A stretch of 64,000 bases of DNA from Epithemia pelagica. Its lineage: Eukaryota > Protista > Bacillariophyta. The stretch lies in assembly GCA_946965045.2 (NCBI GenBank), contig OX337229.1, positions 744,001 to 808,000 on the forward strand, written 5' to 3'. Positions 13,414 through 23,483 of this stretch are shown piece by piece (the first letter of the stretch is position 1; each line of letters opens with the position of its first letter). A program made the translations under genes and the position numbers. Under the pieces are notes generated by a model, which did no database searches, was not told the DNA's origin, and worked only from the letters and a program-made list of their open reading frames with translations.

Positions 13414-16400
13414 ATGCCATCGTCCAAGTCTTCTTCATCACACAAGCGACGCCGTCGGTCCCAGCACGATGTTAGAGAGGCCTACGGTGCTCCCGCCACC
13501 AAGGAAACGTCGATACCAAGCAGTGTTGGAGGCACTACTAACGGCAACCCATCTATCGCCGAAATTGAACCAGAAGCATCTTCCATCTCCCAACCACCCC
13601 TTGATCCTCCTTCGAACGATCCTCGCGATGATGATGCCAGTGATTATTTGCAGTATCCCGACGTTCCTGATCAAATGGATTCAAGTGACGAGGAGGACGA
13701 GGAGAAAGACGAACACCAAACTCCGAACAACAGAGCATTTCCCACCATTGCTCAACAACAAGACAACCTCAACAATAACTCCGAACCGTCCACCTTTCTT
13801 GCCAGTGTGGCGGCCAGTGACTTGTCCACCAGCCTTCCCTCAACCTCCGATCGCAGTAGCAAGCCTCCTCCCCCGCCTCCTCCCCAAAACACTTCATTCT
13901 CGGCTGCCTTTCCCTTAGCGAATGTGGCTTCTCCGTCCAATAACCTCCCAGCAACATCCAGGCCTCCTTCCAATACGACAACCTTGCCACCCTCCTCGAC
14001 CAATACGAGGGTTTCGTCTTTTAATTTCAATGTTTGGCACCGGCAGTACTCTTCGGGCTCGCTGCAATATGGAACACAATCATCTCCACAAAAATCCCTC
14101 AATCTCCTCCCTGCCATTGAAGGACAAGCCAACGCCACAACGTCCATAGCCAATCCAACCACCAACCCGCCCTCCCGTTCCCCCAGCGCCTCCCTCCCTA
14201 CCATGGTACCTACCCAACCTTCTGTCCCGGAGGATACCACCCAAGACCCTGTTGCGGCCGCTCCTCTTGGTCTTACTCGCGCTGTTGGAACTCGCAAGCC
14301 TCCTCCTCTGAACCTAAAGACACTACTACCCGACGTTGGTCCCGGTTCGTTCTTGATCAAACTCCGTCGTCTTGATCCCTTCTATTGCAAAAACCCAGGT
14401 CCCTCGTCGACCAACACTCCATTGGTCACTGTGGCTGCCAACCATTCCGAAAACGCAAAGTCACCCCTCTCATTGGTGAAGAATCATTGCGCTCTCCTAA
14501 TGAAAAGGGCCAAGAACTACACTTCCGGCATTACACGTTCTCCGACTGGTGTCATGAAGCAACGTCGGTTCCAATCGAATACAAGCAACAAACGAAAGCA
14601 CAGTGAAACCATGACGACTGGTCCCGAAGTGGATCAAACCAGCAACAATCCAACTAATTCGGAAACCCATTCGCAATTACAAGTTGTTACGTCCTTTGCT
14701 TTGCGAACCTTGCTACTCGAAGACGTCTGGTTCCTAGAGGAAGGGTCAGCCGTCGTTCTTTTCTTCCACACCGACAGCCTTCCACCAAGATATTCCAAAA
14801 AGTGGTTGGAGGTCGCTGATGACACACAACAATCACATTGTATGCCTACTGTGCAATGTCAGGGCCGCCAATATCAGCAACTAACTGGATGGGTGCACAA
14901 AAACGGCGCTAAAAAACAGTTTGACGGTCCTCAAACCTACGAGCAAATCATAGCGGCGTTACAAGAATTCCCACAGAATGGCATACACATCAAGTTTCCC
15001 ATGCTTTCGGAAGGCGAGACTTTAAGTTTAACAAGCCCACCGGACGACTGCACGCTGAAACTACTGACATGGTTCGAATTGTTCCAGTTTCCACAAAGTA
15101 TCTTTCTTCAATCAGACTACCACCCAGAACGAAATTGGCTCGCAACCTTCAAGTCCATGAAGGATAACGGTGACGACCGGGCAACCTTGCTCCATCGTCT
15201 TGTTCAAGAGACACCGGGTGATAGGTTTATGCTCGCTGAGTTAAAGGGTGTTTGGGACCGCTGTGACCTCAAACAAACAAAAGAGATTCTACGTGAGGCA
15301 CATCTTAGAGAAATCAAAGCTGTCCGTGACGAAATGGCGGCCGCTCCGCCTCCCCCCTTCATTGAACCTGATGTCATCAAGCCATTCTGCGAATTTGTGG
15401 ACAAGCATCTCCTTCAGCGATTGGAAGACTGCTTCGGTCGGTTTACAAACATCTTTGACAAGTTCATTTCTGAATCCGAGTTGCGAATATTGGCCAAGGA
15501 GTTCGAGAGACAACTGCCTGATCACTTCAAGACCCTCATGGGCCTAAGTGGCTATACACAGCGCCTAGAAATCCTTGACTCCCCCAATACAAAGACCAAG
15601 CCCGGTCATGCCCAGATGCTCCGTCTTCGATACTCCTTGGATGTGTTTTTCCAGTTCGTCAATCGTGCTCGCAAACATAACAACCATCGCATGGTTCCGT
15701 TCGGCCTTATCTTTGCTCTCGCCCAATATGCCTGCGGCCATCCATTACTTGCTACGCAAATTCCAGTATGGATGGGATGGTCGGTTTCAAAACGAACCAT
15801 GGAGCGTCGGATTGAGCCATTCATTCATTCATACGACAACAAAATCAAGCGGGCCATCCGACGCTGTACCAGCTTGCTGTGCGTATTCGATAACCTACAA
15901 GACGGACGCAAGCTACAATTCCAGAGTGGTCAAAGCTCTGTATTCACCAGAGTTACCGCAAGATTCATCATGACGATGTATTTATCAAACTTCCCGGACT
16001 GGGTATACACTTTCCAGCAGCGTCCTGCATTAACCTTCATCCAACAATCCATACCCTCACCTTATAACATGCCTACGTTTGAATTGGAACCTCCGGAGAG
16101 TACAATGTACACGATCCTAAGTTCCGTTTGCCATGGGACATTCCAAACCGATACCAACCCGAACGGAAACCCATTCGATTGTTCCGGGAAACGTGTCCGG
16201 TATTACCAGGAACTTCGATCCTGTTGCAGAGAGTTGGACATTGTGAGGCGCTACCTTTCCACCAAGCGCAAGATTGGCCACATGGCAATAGACTACACCT
16301 TACAACCAACCGAATTTGCCAAAAACCCCATTCGTCACGCCGTGGCCAAAGCCATGCACAACCTTCGGAAAAACCGGAATGCCAATCTATTTGCGTTGGC

Positions 16401-18669
16401 AAAGCAGTTCCCTTCCAAAGTAGTGCAAACATGGCGGGCAGAACCACCTGTCGCCGAGTTACTCATATTACCAGTCTCGGTGTTGGACGAGACCACGAAG
16501 ACGGGCGCTTCCGGTATCGTTATCGACTTCATGGTTCTTCACGGCCTACTTGAGTGGGACGACAGTACCCAGATGTATCAACCACGAGAAGGATGGGACG
16601 AGAAGTGGTTGTTCATTGTTGGTGATGGTCTATCCCTCGAACGCATTTTCCAATTCCTAGACGACATAATGGGAATACTGGATTCCAAATTGGTATCCTT
16701 CAGGCACGCCTATCGTCAGGCAATGAACATTGCACAAGTGGTGCACCGCCTTGTCCCCATCAATGGAGATTTACACGTCCGGTTCCATATGTTGGACGTT
16801 GTTTACCGCTTATTCTATGGCGGATTCCTACAAGTCATGCAATGGCGTCTACAGTGGAAAAGACTTGATCCCTACGACGTTTCCAATAGTTACCGCTTGT
16901 GCCATCGATTGGCAGTTGTTGTCTACGAAGAGGTCCAACGCATCATGCTCGACCTCTATCTATTAAAAAAAATGACCATGAGCAGGTTTGATGAAATGAT
17001 GCACTTTGGTGGTGCTGAGGCCGTCGCTGTATACATTGCGAAGGACTATCTCGATTACTTGAATCGTCAAGTACGAGAATCCAAGGACTGGTTGTTACGA
17101 TTTCTTTGTAACTTCCTACTCCTTATGCGTAAATACTTGACATTCTTGGAGGCAGAACAACAAGGAGACAGCGTCACGATGGAAGCGGTCATCGTAGAAT
17201 ATCTGCCCTTTTGGTTTATAACAAAGAAGAAGGTCTCATTCAACAATCAATTGCGGTTGATTGAGTTGTATTACAACCGGTTGCCAATCTCGGTCCTCCA
17301 ACAGATACGAATCAACCGAACCAAACGCCAGAAACCAGGTAGCACTCCGTCCATGTACATTAAAGAGAGCGCCCTTGATCAGATTATGGAAAGGCTCATG
17401 CCTTTCTTTAAGGGCATGAGCCACAATGGAACAGAAGAGGCCTTCGTTAAAGTGTCAAAGATGCTTACCGCCTGCCAAAGGGCTAAGCACTTTGTAGAGT
17501 TCTATACGAGGCAACGATCCGACGCGGAGTACGAACTATCTGAGAGAGACATGGAAGAAGGAGGAGCGTCACAAAGTCCATTGGTGGATCCTGGTCAACG
17601 GAACAAAAAAACGACCTCACCTTCAAGTCGTCTGAACAGAGTGCTCGTAACGGAAATTCTTACTTTGGCGAAATGCCACAAGGTGCAACCGGAGAAACCG
17701 TCCATCATGGACGAAGACTGCTTTTGGAGAGCGTTAGATGAGACGTCGCTCGAAGTTCACAAAAAGGTATCGCGATTGGGAGACGGTAAAGTGGACAATG
17801 ACGCGACGGATAAGTATGTGATGGTGCAAGTAAACAAAATGATGAGCGGTCTTTCGAAGAGACGGGCAGTCAGTAATGAGAACGGAGAGGAACCTTCCAA
17901 TCCGGAAATGAACAATGATGACACTGATGACAATGATGCGAATGACGACGATAGCACGGTCGTTGATATCGCAGAGGAGATGAAGGATATAGACGACGAC
18001 GGGTCAACGGTTTTTGATGACGTGTCTTACTTCTCCGACAACGAGCCGCCTGTAGTTACCATTGAGAGTGACCCGGTATTGTATGGCACTCAACCAGATA
18101 CCGTGATGGAGAAGGTGAGCACAGTAGGAGAGGATGATGAAGAAGATGCTGATGGCAATTCAATAACAAACGAGACAGAGGATGAAGAATTAGCAGAGAC
18201 ACAGATTGAAGATGTTGTATTGGCAGCAGCAGACGAAATGGTAGGAGACGAGGCACAAGACGACGGAGAAGACGACAACGACGAGGAAATAGAAAGGGAT
18301 GAAACGGATGAAAAGAAAGCCGAGAAGAAGGATGACAGGCCAAAACCGGTGATGAAAGGAAAGGTAAAGGGAATGAAGGTTGCAAGCATGAACCCCATCG
18401 CTTCAGTGGATATCCTTGCAAGAGCCCTACATGATATGGCTGAGAAGAACGTAGTTAACGCAAGGCAGCGTGATTCCGACAGAAAAGAAAGAGAACAACA
18501 CTTTCTCCGGTTGAACCTATATAATCGATTGCAAGCGATGGAAGAGGAAGCGGTTGGTATGGATTGGGGTCAAGACGATGTGCTGATGGAAGAGGATGCC
18601 GAAAAAGAAAAGCAATTGGACGAGGCACTAGCTTTATTCGCCCAATTCAAGGAAGGTGTTGAAGAGTAG
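13414..18669 (+). CDS. Putative Academ-type transposase (DUF6589-like core)
   Basis: Uninterrupted ORF of about 1750 aa inside the TIRs. Motifs VFDNLQ, LDETTKTG, IVGDGLS, GDLHVRFHM, ALDQIMERL; basic N-terminal HKRRRRS; acidic C-terminal tail. Confidence 0.75.
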   Translation: MPSSKSSSSHKRRRRSQHDVREAYGAPATKETSIPSSVGGTTNGNPSIAEIEPEASSISQPPLDPPSNDPRDDDASDYLQYPDVPDQMDSSDEEDEEKDEHQTPNNRAFPTIAQQQDNLNNNSEPSTFLASVAASDLSTSLPSTSDRSSKPPPPPPPQNTSFSAAFPLANVASPSNNLPATSRPPSNTTTLPPSSTNTRVSSFNFNVWHRQYSSGSLQYGTQSSPQKSLNLLPAIEGQANATTSIANPTTNPPSRSPSASLPTMVPTQPSVPEDTTQDPVAAAPLGLTRAVGTRKPPPLNLKTLLPDVGPGSFLIKLRRLDPFYCKNPGPSSTNTPLVTVAANHSENAKSPLSLVKNHCALLMKRAKNYTSGITRSPTGVMKQRRFQSNTSNKRKHSETMTTGPEVDQTSNNPTNSETHSQLQVVTSFALRTLLLEDVWFLEEGSAVVLFFHTDSLPPRYSKKWLEVADDTQQSHCMPTVQCQGRQYQQLTGWVHKNGAKKQFDGPQTYEQIIAALQEFPQNGIHIKFPMLSEGETLSLTSPPDDCTLKLLTWFELFQFPQSIFLQSDYHPERNWLATFKSMKDNGDDRATLLHRLVQETPGDRFMLAELKGVWDRCDLKQTKEILREAHLREIKAVRDEMAAAPPPPFIEPDVIKPFCEFVDKHLLQRLEDCFGRFTNIFDKFISESELRILAKEFERQLPDHFKTLMGLSGYTQRLEILDSPNTKTKPGHAQMLRLRYSLDVFFQFVNRARKHNNHRMVPFGLIFALAQYACGHPLLATQIPVWMGWSVSKRTMERRIEPFIHSYDNKIKRAIRRCTSLLCVFDNLQDGRKLQFQSGQSSVFTRVTARFIMTMYLSNFPDWVYTFQQRPALTFIQQSIPSPYNMPTFELEPPESTMYTILSSVCHGTFQTDTNPNGNPFDCSGKRVRYYQELRSCCRELDIVRRYLSTKRKIGHMAIDYTLQPTEFAKNPIRHAVAKAMHNLRKNRNANLFALAKQFPSKVVQTWRAEPPVAELLILPVSVLDETTKTGASGIVIDFMVLHGLLEWDDSTQMYQPREGWDEKWLFIVGDGLSLERIFQFLDDIMGILDSKLVSFRHAYRQAMNIAQVVHRLVPINGDLHVRFHMLDVVYRLFYGGFLQVMQWRLQWKRLDPYDVSNSYRLCHRLAVVVYEEVQRIMLDLYLLKKMTMSRFDEMMHFGGAEAVAVYIAKDYLDYLNRQVRESKDWLLRFLCNFLLLMRKYLTFLEAEQQGDSVTMEAVIVEYLPFWFITKKKVSFNNQLRLIELYYNRLPISVLQQIRINRTKRQKPGSTPSMYIKESALDQIMERLMPFFKGMSHNGTEEAFVKVSKMLTACQRAKHFVEFYTRQRSDAEYELSERDMEEGGASQSPLVDPGQRNKKTTSPSSRLNRVLVTEILTLAKCHKVQPEKPSIMDEDCFWRALDETSLEVHKKVSRLGDGKVDNDATDKYVMVQVNKMMSGLSKRRAVSNENGEEPSNPEMNNDDTDDNDANDDDSTVVDIAEEMKDIDDDGSTVFDDVSYFSDNEPPVVTIESDPVLYGTQPDTVMEKVSTVGEDDEEDADGNSITNETEDEELAETQIEDVVLAAADEMVGDEAQDDGEDDNDEEIERDETDEKKAEKKDDRPKPVMKGKVKGMKVASMNPIASVDILARALHDMAEKNVVNARQRDSDRKEREQHFLRLNLYNRLQAMEEEAVGMDWGQDDVLMEEDAEKEKQLDEALALFAQFKEGVEE

Positions 18670-18705
18670 TGCTAGGCAGACGTAACAAATAAGAATTAGT
18701 AGTAT

Positions 18706-20892
18706 TTATTTCTTTGGAGACAGTACTTTAAAGCCATTCCATGCACCAGGAGCATTAAGACGAGGGTTTCCGTCATTGTTATAGCCAAGCTTCACACGTA
18801 GTTGAATACCGTCCACATCTGGTTCCAAAATACGCGCGCAAAAACACTTGAGGATCAAGGCTTTGGCACGCTGTCGAACAGACCGATTTGTGGTGATTCC
18901 CATGACAGCTTTGGGAAAGGCTTTGATGGGTTTCCCACCCGGTCCAGGCGTTGGAAACGAAAGCAATGCATCTAAGAACACATCCTTGTGAAGCAACAAC
19001 TGTGCGGGAGAAAGTTTCTCCGTTATGAACATGCGGACAAGATACTGTTTGAAGGTATCGATGTTGATGGGAGCATCGAGCGGATTAGAAATGCGGGGAT
19101 TAGCGCATTGCCAGCATGCTCCCCCACATGAAGGAGGAAGGTCGCAGATTGATTCTTTGTTTGGGTGCATCAATAATTGCTCCATCGCAAAATGAACGCA
19201 ACGTCCGTCGTCAATGCAGATAAGGGACAGGACATTGCGGGCGCGCTCCCATTGACGCTGAGCTAAGGCCGATTGTGACAGCAAGGCCGACTGTGATGTC
19301 GTGGCCCTGTCGTTGGAACGTTCAGTTTCGGGTTGTGCGTTGTTTGTCTTGTTCTGTCGAGCACTTGCCTTTGCCGCCTCATACTTAGGTATGATGAAGA
19401 TGCGAGTTAATAAAGAAACCATGCTGTTTAAAGATGCAATGATGGTGAATCGAGATGTGTTGTAGGTGGCGTCGGGGCTACGTCCACATCGGCCAGAGCA
19501 TTGCAGTAGGTCTTCATTGGTCTGCGGAAAACCATGAAAAAGGACCTGATCTACTTCCGGACAATCAATACCGGAGCTCGTTGCACCCGCAGTGGCGAAG
19601 AAGGCGACAGGATCGAAGCGTAGCGTCCGACGGGTGGTCGGGCAGTCCTCCATCAGAGGCTTTCCGACGAAAAGATCGGTATTGTGGAACTTCTGTTCCC
19701 GGTACATGTTTCCATGTACCAATACCAGATCTTTGTCCACACGTCGTATATTCAACTCATGGCGACACTTCTCGTAAAGGTTGATGATAGCTTTACGAGA
19801 GTTCGAATGCACCATGAGTTTACGACCGTTTGGCGAGCGACTTGTCTTGATAAGTTCTCGCTTGATTTTGCGAATAGGGGTATCTTGAAACGTGATGTCA
19901 ATGAAGACATTGCGGCGGTGGACACCAGAGTGTTGGTGAGGCCACATAAGATCGTCGTCTTTGTCGAATTGTAGGCCGGTAAGAGATTCAAGATCCGAAA
20001 GCATTTCGGACGAGGCTGTGGCTGTCATGAAAAGAATTGGGGTTGGTACTGAGGCATGCCGCTTGGCCATTTGGAAGAGAATGGCTCGTAGGTCGCCAAA
20101 CTCTTCGCGAAACTCTCGGCCATGCGACGCATAGAGATGGCATTCGTCCACACTGATGAACCGCATCAAGCCACGTCGAAAGCACGTAACAAGAGTCTGT
20201 TGCCATGATGGGTCTCTCGTCAATTTCTGTGGCGATGAAAACAAGGAGACTGTGACCTTGGATTCTCGTGGCAACGACTCCAGATTGCGTCGCAGTAACT
20301 CGTTGATTGGTGGGGAGCGAATGACATCCAAGTTGTAGACTTTCAGACGACGCTTGAGGCCTTGTGTTGCCGACAAAGCAACAAGTTTAGAAGTCTGGTC
20401 CGCTGCCAAACTCAACAGAGGAACGATGGTGATGGTTATGCCTCCAGAAAGGAAACCACACACATCTCGTACGGCAGATTTGCCACCACCAGTGGAGCGG
20501 ACGAGGAGAATTGGACGGAGAGGCGAGGAAGGAAGGCGGTGGACAGTACGCATCATTACTTGTTGGCAGGCATCCACTTGCCACGGTCGGGCGGTCTTGC
20601 CATGCCAAGCTTGGAAAGCAGTCTTTATGGCTTGTTGTAGCTTCTGTGACGCTGGACTTAGGGGAGGAGGCGGTTGAGGGACAAGGGAAGCAACGGGGAT
20701 ATGGGAGTAGGGAGGTAGAAGGTCTTCGGATGAGGGGTCATCCGTTTGCCTGGTGTTGGATGCCCTGGTACTTCCATCGTAAGTAGGAATATTGCGACTG
20801 GAAGCGTCAATTGGTTCGATATCATGGCCAGCTGTGTCCCTTGGGTGGTTAGAGACAGCAGGAACAAAGCGGATCTGTTTGGGAGGGGCCAT
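18706..20892 (-). CDS. Element-encoded RecQ-like SF2 helicase
   Basis: RPWQ (motif 0), STGGGKS (I), TIVPLLSL (Ia), DECH (II), HGREFR aromatic loop, MTATA (III), SGID (V), QCSGRCGR (VI), Cys/His Zn-binding region C..CVH..CGGACWQC. Confidence 0.92.
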   Translation of the reverse strand: MAPPKQIRFVPAVSNHPRDTAGHDIEPIDASSRNIPTYDGSTRASNTRQTDDPSSEDLLPPYSHIPVASLVPQPPPPLSPASQKLQQAIKTAFQAWHGKTARPWQVDACQQVMMRTVHRLPSSPLRPILLVRSTGGGKSAVRDVCGFLSGGITITIVPLLSLAADQTSKLVALSATQGLKRRLKVYNLDVIRSPPINELLRRNLESLPRESKVTVSLFSSPQKLTRDPSWQQTLVTCFRRGLMRFISVDECHLYASHGREFREEFGDLRAILFQMAKRHASVPTPILFMTATASSEMLSDLESLTGLQFDKDDDLMWPHQHSGVHRRNVFIDITFQDTPIRKIKRELIKTSRSPNGRKLMVHSNSRKAIINLYEKCRHELNIRRVDKDLVLVHGNMYREQKFHNTDLFVGKPLMEDCPTTRRTLRFDPVAFFATAGATSSGIDCPEVDQVLFHGFPQTNEDLLQCSGRCGRSPDATYNTSRFTIIASLNSMVSLLTRIFIIPKYEAAKASARQNKTNNAQPETERSNDRATTSQSALLSQSALAQRQWERARNVLSLICIDDGRCVHFAMEQLLMHPNKESICDLPPSCGGACWQCANPRISNPLDAPINIDTFKQYLVRMFITEKLSPAQLLLHKDVFLDALLSFPTPGPGGKPIKAFPKAVMGITTNRSVRQRAKALILKCFCARILEPDVDGIQLRVKLGYNNDGNPRLNAPGAWNGFKVLSPKK

Positions 20893-20952
20893 GGGTGATG
20901 TTACAACCACAACAAGATGGGTCTCGTAGTGATTGCGTTGTGGTGTTGGTGA

Positions 20953-21064
20953 GTTTGTGTCAAAGTCGAAAAATCGCCGATTTTGAGAATCGCGCCTTGG
21001 GGGTGAGTATCAGAATGCTCTTTGTCTGTCTGTCGACCTGGACTCACCCTTCCGCTAGGGGGTA
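20953..21064 (-). repeat. Right TIR (21034-21064 perfect)
   Basis: Exact reverse complement of 13249-13279. Confidence 0.93.
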
Positions 21065-21278
21065 AGAGAACCAGATCATGTGAGGTTGTATATGCACCTA
21101 TGCTGACATCACCTACTCTCCATCTTACTCTCGATTCACAAGATTCCTCCTCGTTCCATACGATTCATTCTTCCAATTTATGTTCCGCATCATCTTACGT
21201 GAAATGTTCCGTATCAAGTTCCGTATAAAGCTCACAATTTCGAAAACATACAGATCTCAGATCACTTTCCAAACGACC

Positions 21279-22808
21279 ATGGTACTGCAAAGGTTTCCAA
21301 TTGGATGGAAAAGCTGCGTGGCAGTGGCCAATGTCTTGGTGGTAGTTGTGGCAGTGGCAATTGGGATTCGTTGGAGTTTGCTCTCTCAACCCTGTCGAGA
21401 CGACCCCTTGGTGACGGTTCGCATCCCATCCTTCCTGAACAACAACAACAACAACAACAACAAGGAGAATGAATCATTGGAAACCTTTGTCAAGATTCCT
21501 CCCTGTCACGTATTTTCGGAATCGTATTTTGAAGCTCGGACCAAGTTTCGTCGAGCCGTTCAAGGCTTGGGCTTGTCGGTGGAAACGCTGTCGGTTGTTC
21601 CGCACCAGGATTATACCATGGACATTGTCGTCTTGCCTGGACAAGGCCCCGGTTTGGTCCTTCACACGTCGGGAGTTCATGGAGTCGAAGGGTTTGCAGG
21701 ATCCGCCATTCAACTGGCCTTGCTGTATCAGTTGCAACAACAACAACAACAAGCACTACCCCAATGGCAATCGCCACCCAACATGCCCACCGTCATTCTC
21801 GTCCATGCCGTCAATCCGTTTGGCATGGCCACATACCGACGTTCCAATGAACACAATGTCGATTTGAATCGCAATGGTTTGACCGACGCCGAATTACAAG
21901 ACTTGAAGTCCTCCCATGTCAATCACGGCCCCTATCAACGATTGGATGCCGTCTTGAATCCTCGCTTCCAGTCGCAACGTGCCTTGTACGGTTACGCCTA
22001 CGTTACGAGTTGGTTGATGTCCTTGTATTGTCTCGTCAAGGAAGGATATCATGCCACCAAGGCGGCCATGGTTGGTGGACAATATTATCAAGAACAGGGC
22101 ATCTTTTATGGCGGTCGTAACACCCGAGAACGATCCGTTCGACTCTTGGAAGAATGGTTGAAACAGTACTTGACAACAACCACCCATGGAGTGGTGGCAG
22201 CAGGAACAAATAAAGAGGATCCGTCGGAATCATCGACCCCAACGACAGTACCAACCATTTCCACCACATGGATTGATGTGCATACCGGGCTGGGACCGAG
22301 TGGTGTCGATAGCTTGATTTTCAACCCACAGTCCCGTTCTTCCTGCTCTACCACAAAGCACAACCAGAACCGTACCATGGAAATGCTCCATTGGTTCCCC
22401 AACAGTACATTGAGTCCCTCTGCCGATAACGTCAGTGCCGTGTCCAAGGGATACGAACACACCAAGGGTGTCTTGTTGGATTACTATGAACAAACCTTGT
22501 GTGGTAGCGACAACAACGACACGCAACGAAAGATCGCCCCGTTGGATGTTCTCCTGGTGGTGCAAGAATTTGGAACCGTCCCCAGTAGTTTGGTCGGCAA
22601 TGCTCTCATGGTAGAAAATGCCGCCTACTTTTCCGCCACGCTGAATCAACCCGACAAACTGACCTGGGCCAAACGCACGACTGGCCGAGCCTTTTATCCA
22701 CAATCCATGGCGTGGAGACGGGCCATTCTCCAACGAGGATGGGACGTGTTGGTGCAAGCCATGCAACGATCGGCGGCAAACACCCAACACGACACTTATT
22801 CGAGATAG
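21279..22808 (+). CDS. DUF2817 / M14-like zinc carboxypeptidase with N-terminal signal anchor
   Basis: SGVHGVEG (HxxE), HAVNPFG, NVDLNRN, IDVHTGLG. Confidence 0.85.
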   Translation: MVLQRFPIGWKSCVAVANVLVVVVAVAIGIRWSLLSQPCRDDPLVTVRIPSFLNNNNNNNNKENESLETFVKIPPCHVFSESYFEARTKFRRAVQGLGLSVETLSVVPHQDYTMDIVVLPGQGPGLVLHTSGVHGVEGFAGSAIQLALLYQLQQQQQQALPQWQSPPNMPTVILVHAVNPFGMATYRRSNEHNVDLNRNGLTDAELQDLKSSHVNHGPYQRLDAVLNPRFQSQRALYGYAYVTSWLMSLYCLVKEGYHATKAAMVGGQYYQEQGIFYGGRNTRERSVRLLEEWLKQYLTTTTHGVVAAGTNKEDPSESSTPTTVPTISTTWIDVHTGLGPSGVDSLIFNPQSRSSCSTTKHNQNRTMEMLHWFPNSTLSPSADNVSAVSKGYEHTKGVLLDYYEQTLCGSDNNDTQRKIAPLDVLLVVQEFGTVPSSLVGNALMVENAAYFSATLNQPDKLTWAKRTTGRAFYPQSMAWRRAILQRGWDVLVQAMQRSAANTQHDTYSR

Positions 22809-22934
22809 ACATGTAACCAACAGGAGCACCGCTGAAACAATGCGCTTCACACTATTAGGTTGGGATGAGAATCGGCTTGCACAAAAAGTTGTTAACGTAA
22901 AACCCCCAATGTTACCGCAATCATGACAAACTAT

Positions 22935-23483
22935 TCAAGTAGTGGCCGGAGCGTGTCCAATAAACTGGAGCACGTTTTCGGGTTGCTCTTCCACCAGGTG
23001 CTTCAGGGGTCCAAACAAACCGGGCGATGAATCGGACGGTGCTTCTTGTCCTCGCTGTTCACCAACTTGTACCATGGCTACCAGTTCCTCCCAGGAAAAT
23101 TCATGCCATCCTTCGCATTTGTGGGGCTCCATGGTTTCGGGAGGCGCGGATCCCTCCGCCACTCGTCCCATGATAAAGAGAGTAATGTAATGCTTTTCTT
23201 CATCTTGCATGATATCATTCGTCACGTGACCAAACTGTAGATTGTCAATCGTCATGTTGGTTTCCTCCTTGACTTCTCGTTTGGCGCACTCAAACCACGA
23301 TTCGTACATTTCCAAGTGTCCTCCGGGCAAGGCGAGACTACCGGCTCCATGACTTCCCTTGCGAATCCCCGCATAAATGTATCCCGGACGATTCGGAACC
23401 GGCACAATCACACCCACACCGACACGAACAAAGGTGCGAACCCGTCGAGTGGCGGTGGGATGAAATGGTGCCGGTGGATCCAT
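22935..23483 (-). CDS. Nudix hydrolase, NUDT15/plant NUDT1-like
   Basis: RVGVGVIV, RKGSHGAG, Nudix box PGGHLEMYESWFECAKREVKEET, KHYITLF, EPHKCEGW. Confidence 0.92.
   Translation of the reverse strand: MDPPAPFHPTATRRVRTFVRVGVGVIVPVPNRPGYIYAGIRKGSHGAGSLALPGGHLEMYESWFECAKREVKEETNMTIDNLQFGHVTNDIMQDEEKHYITLFIMGRVAEGSAPPETMEPHKCEGWHEFSWEELVAMVQVGEQRGQEAPSDSSPGLFGPLKHLVEEQPENVLQFIGHAPATT

Larger units (their letters stand above)
13249..21064. mobile_element. Full-length AcademH-like DNA transposon (transposase + RecQ-like helicase), 7816 bp
   Basis: 31-bp perfect TIR TACCCCCTAGCGGAAGGGTGAGTCCAGGTCG, 10-bp TSD, two intact convergent ORFs. Helicase plus transposase with a 9-10 bp TSD is the described AcademH pattern. 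Confidence 0.85.

Noticed and set aside
18706-20892. Helicase as an ordinary host RecQ gene
   Set aside because: It lies between TIRs with a TSD, is intronless, is paired with a transposase-like ORF, and has divergent motifs V and VI.
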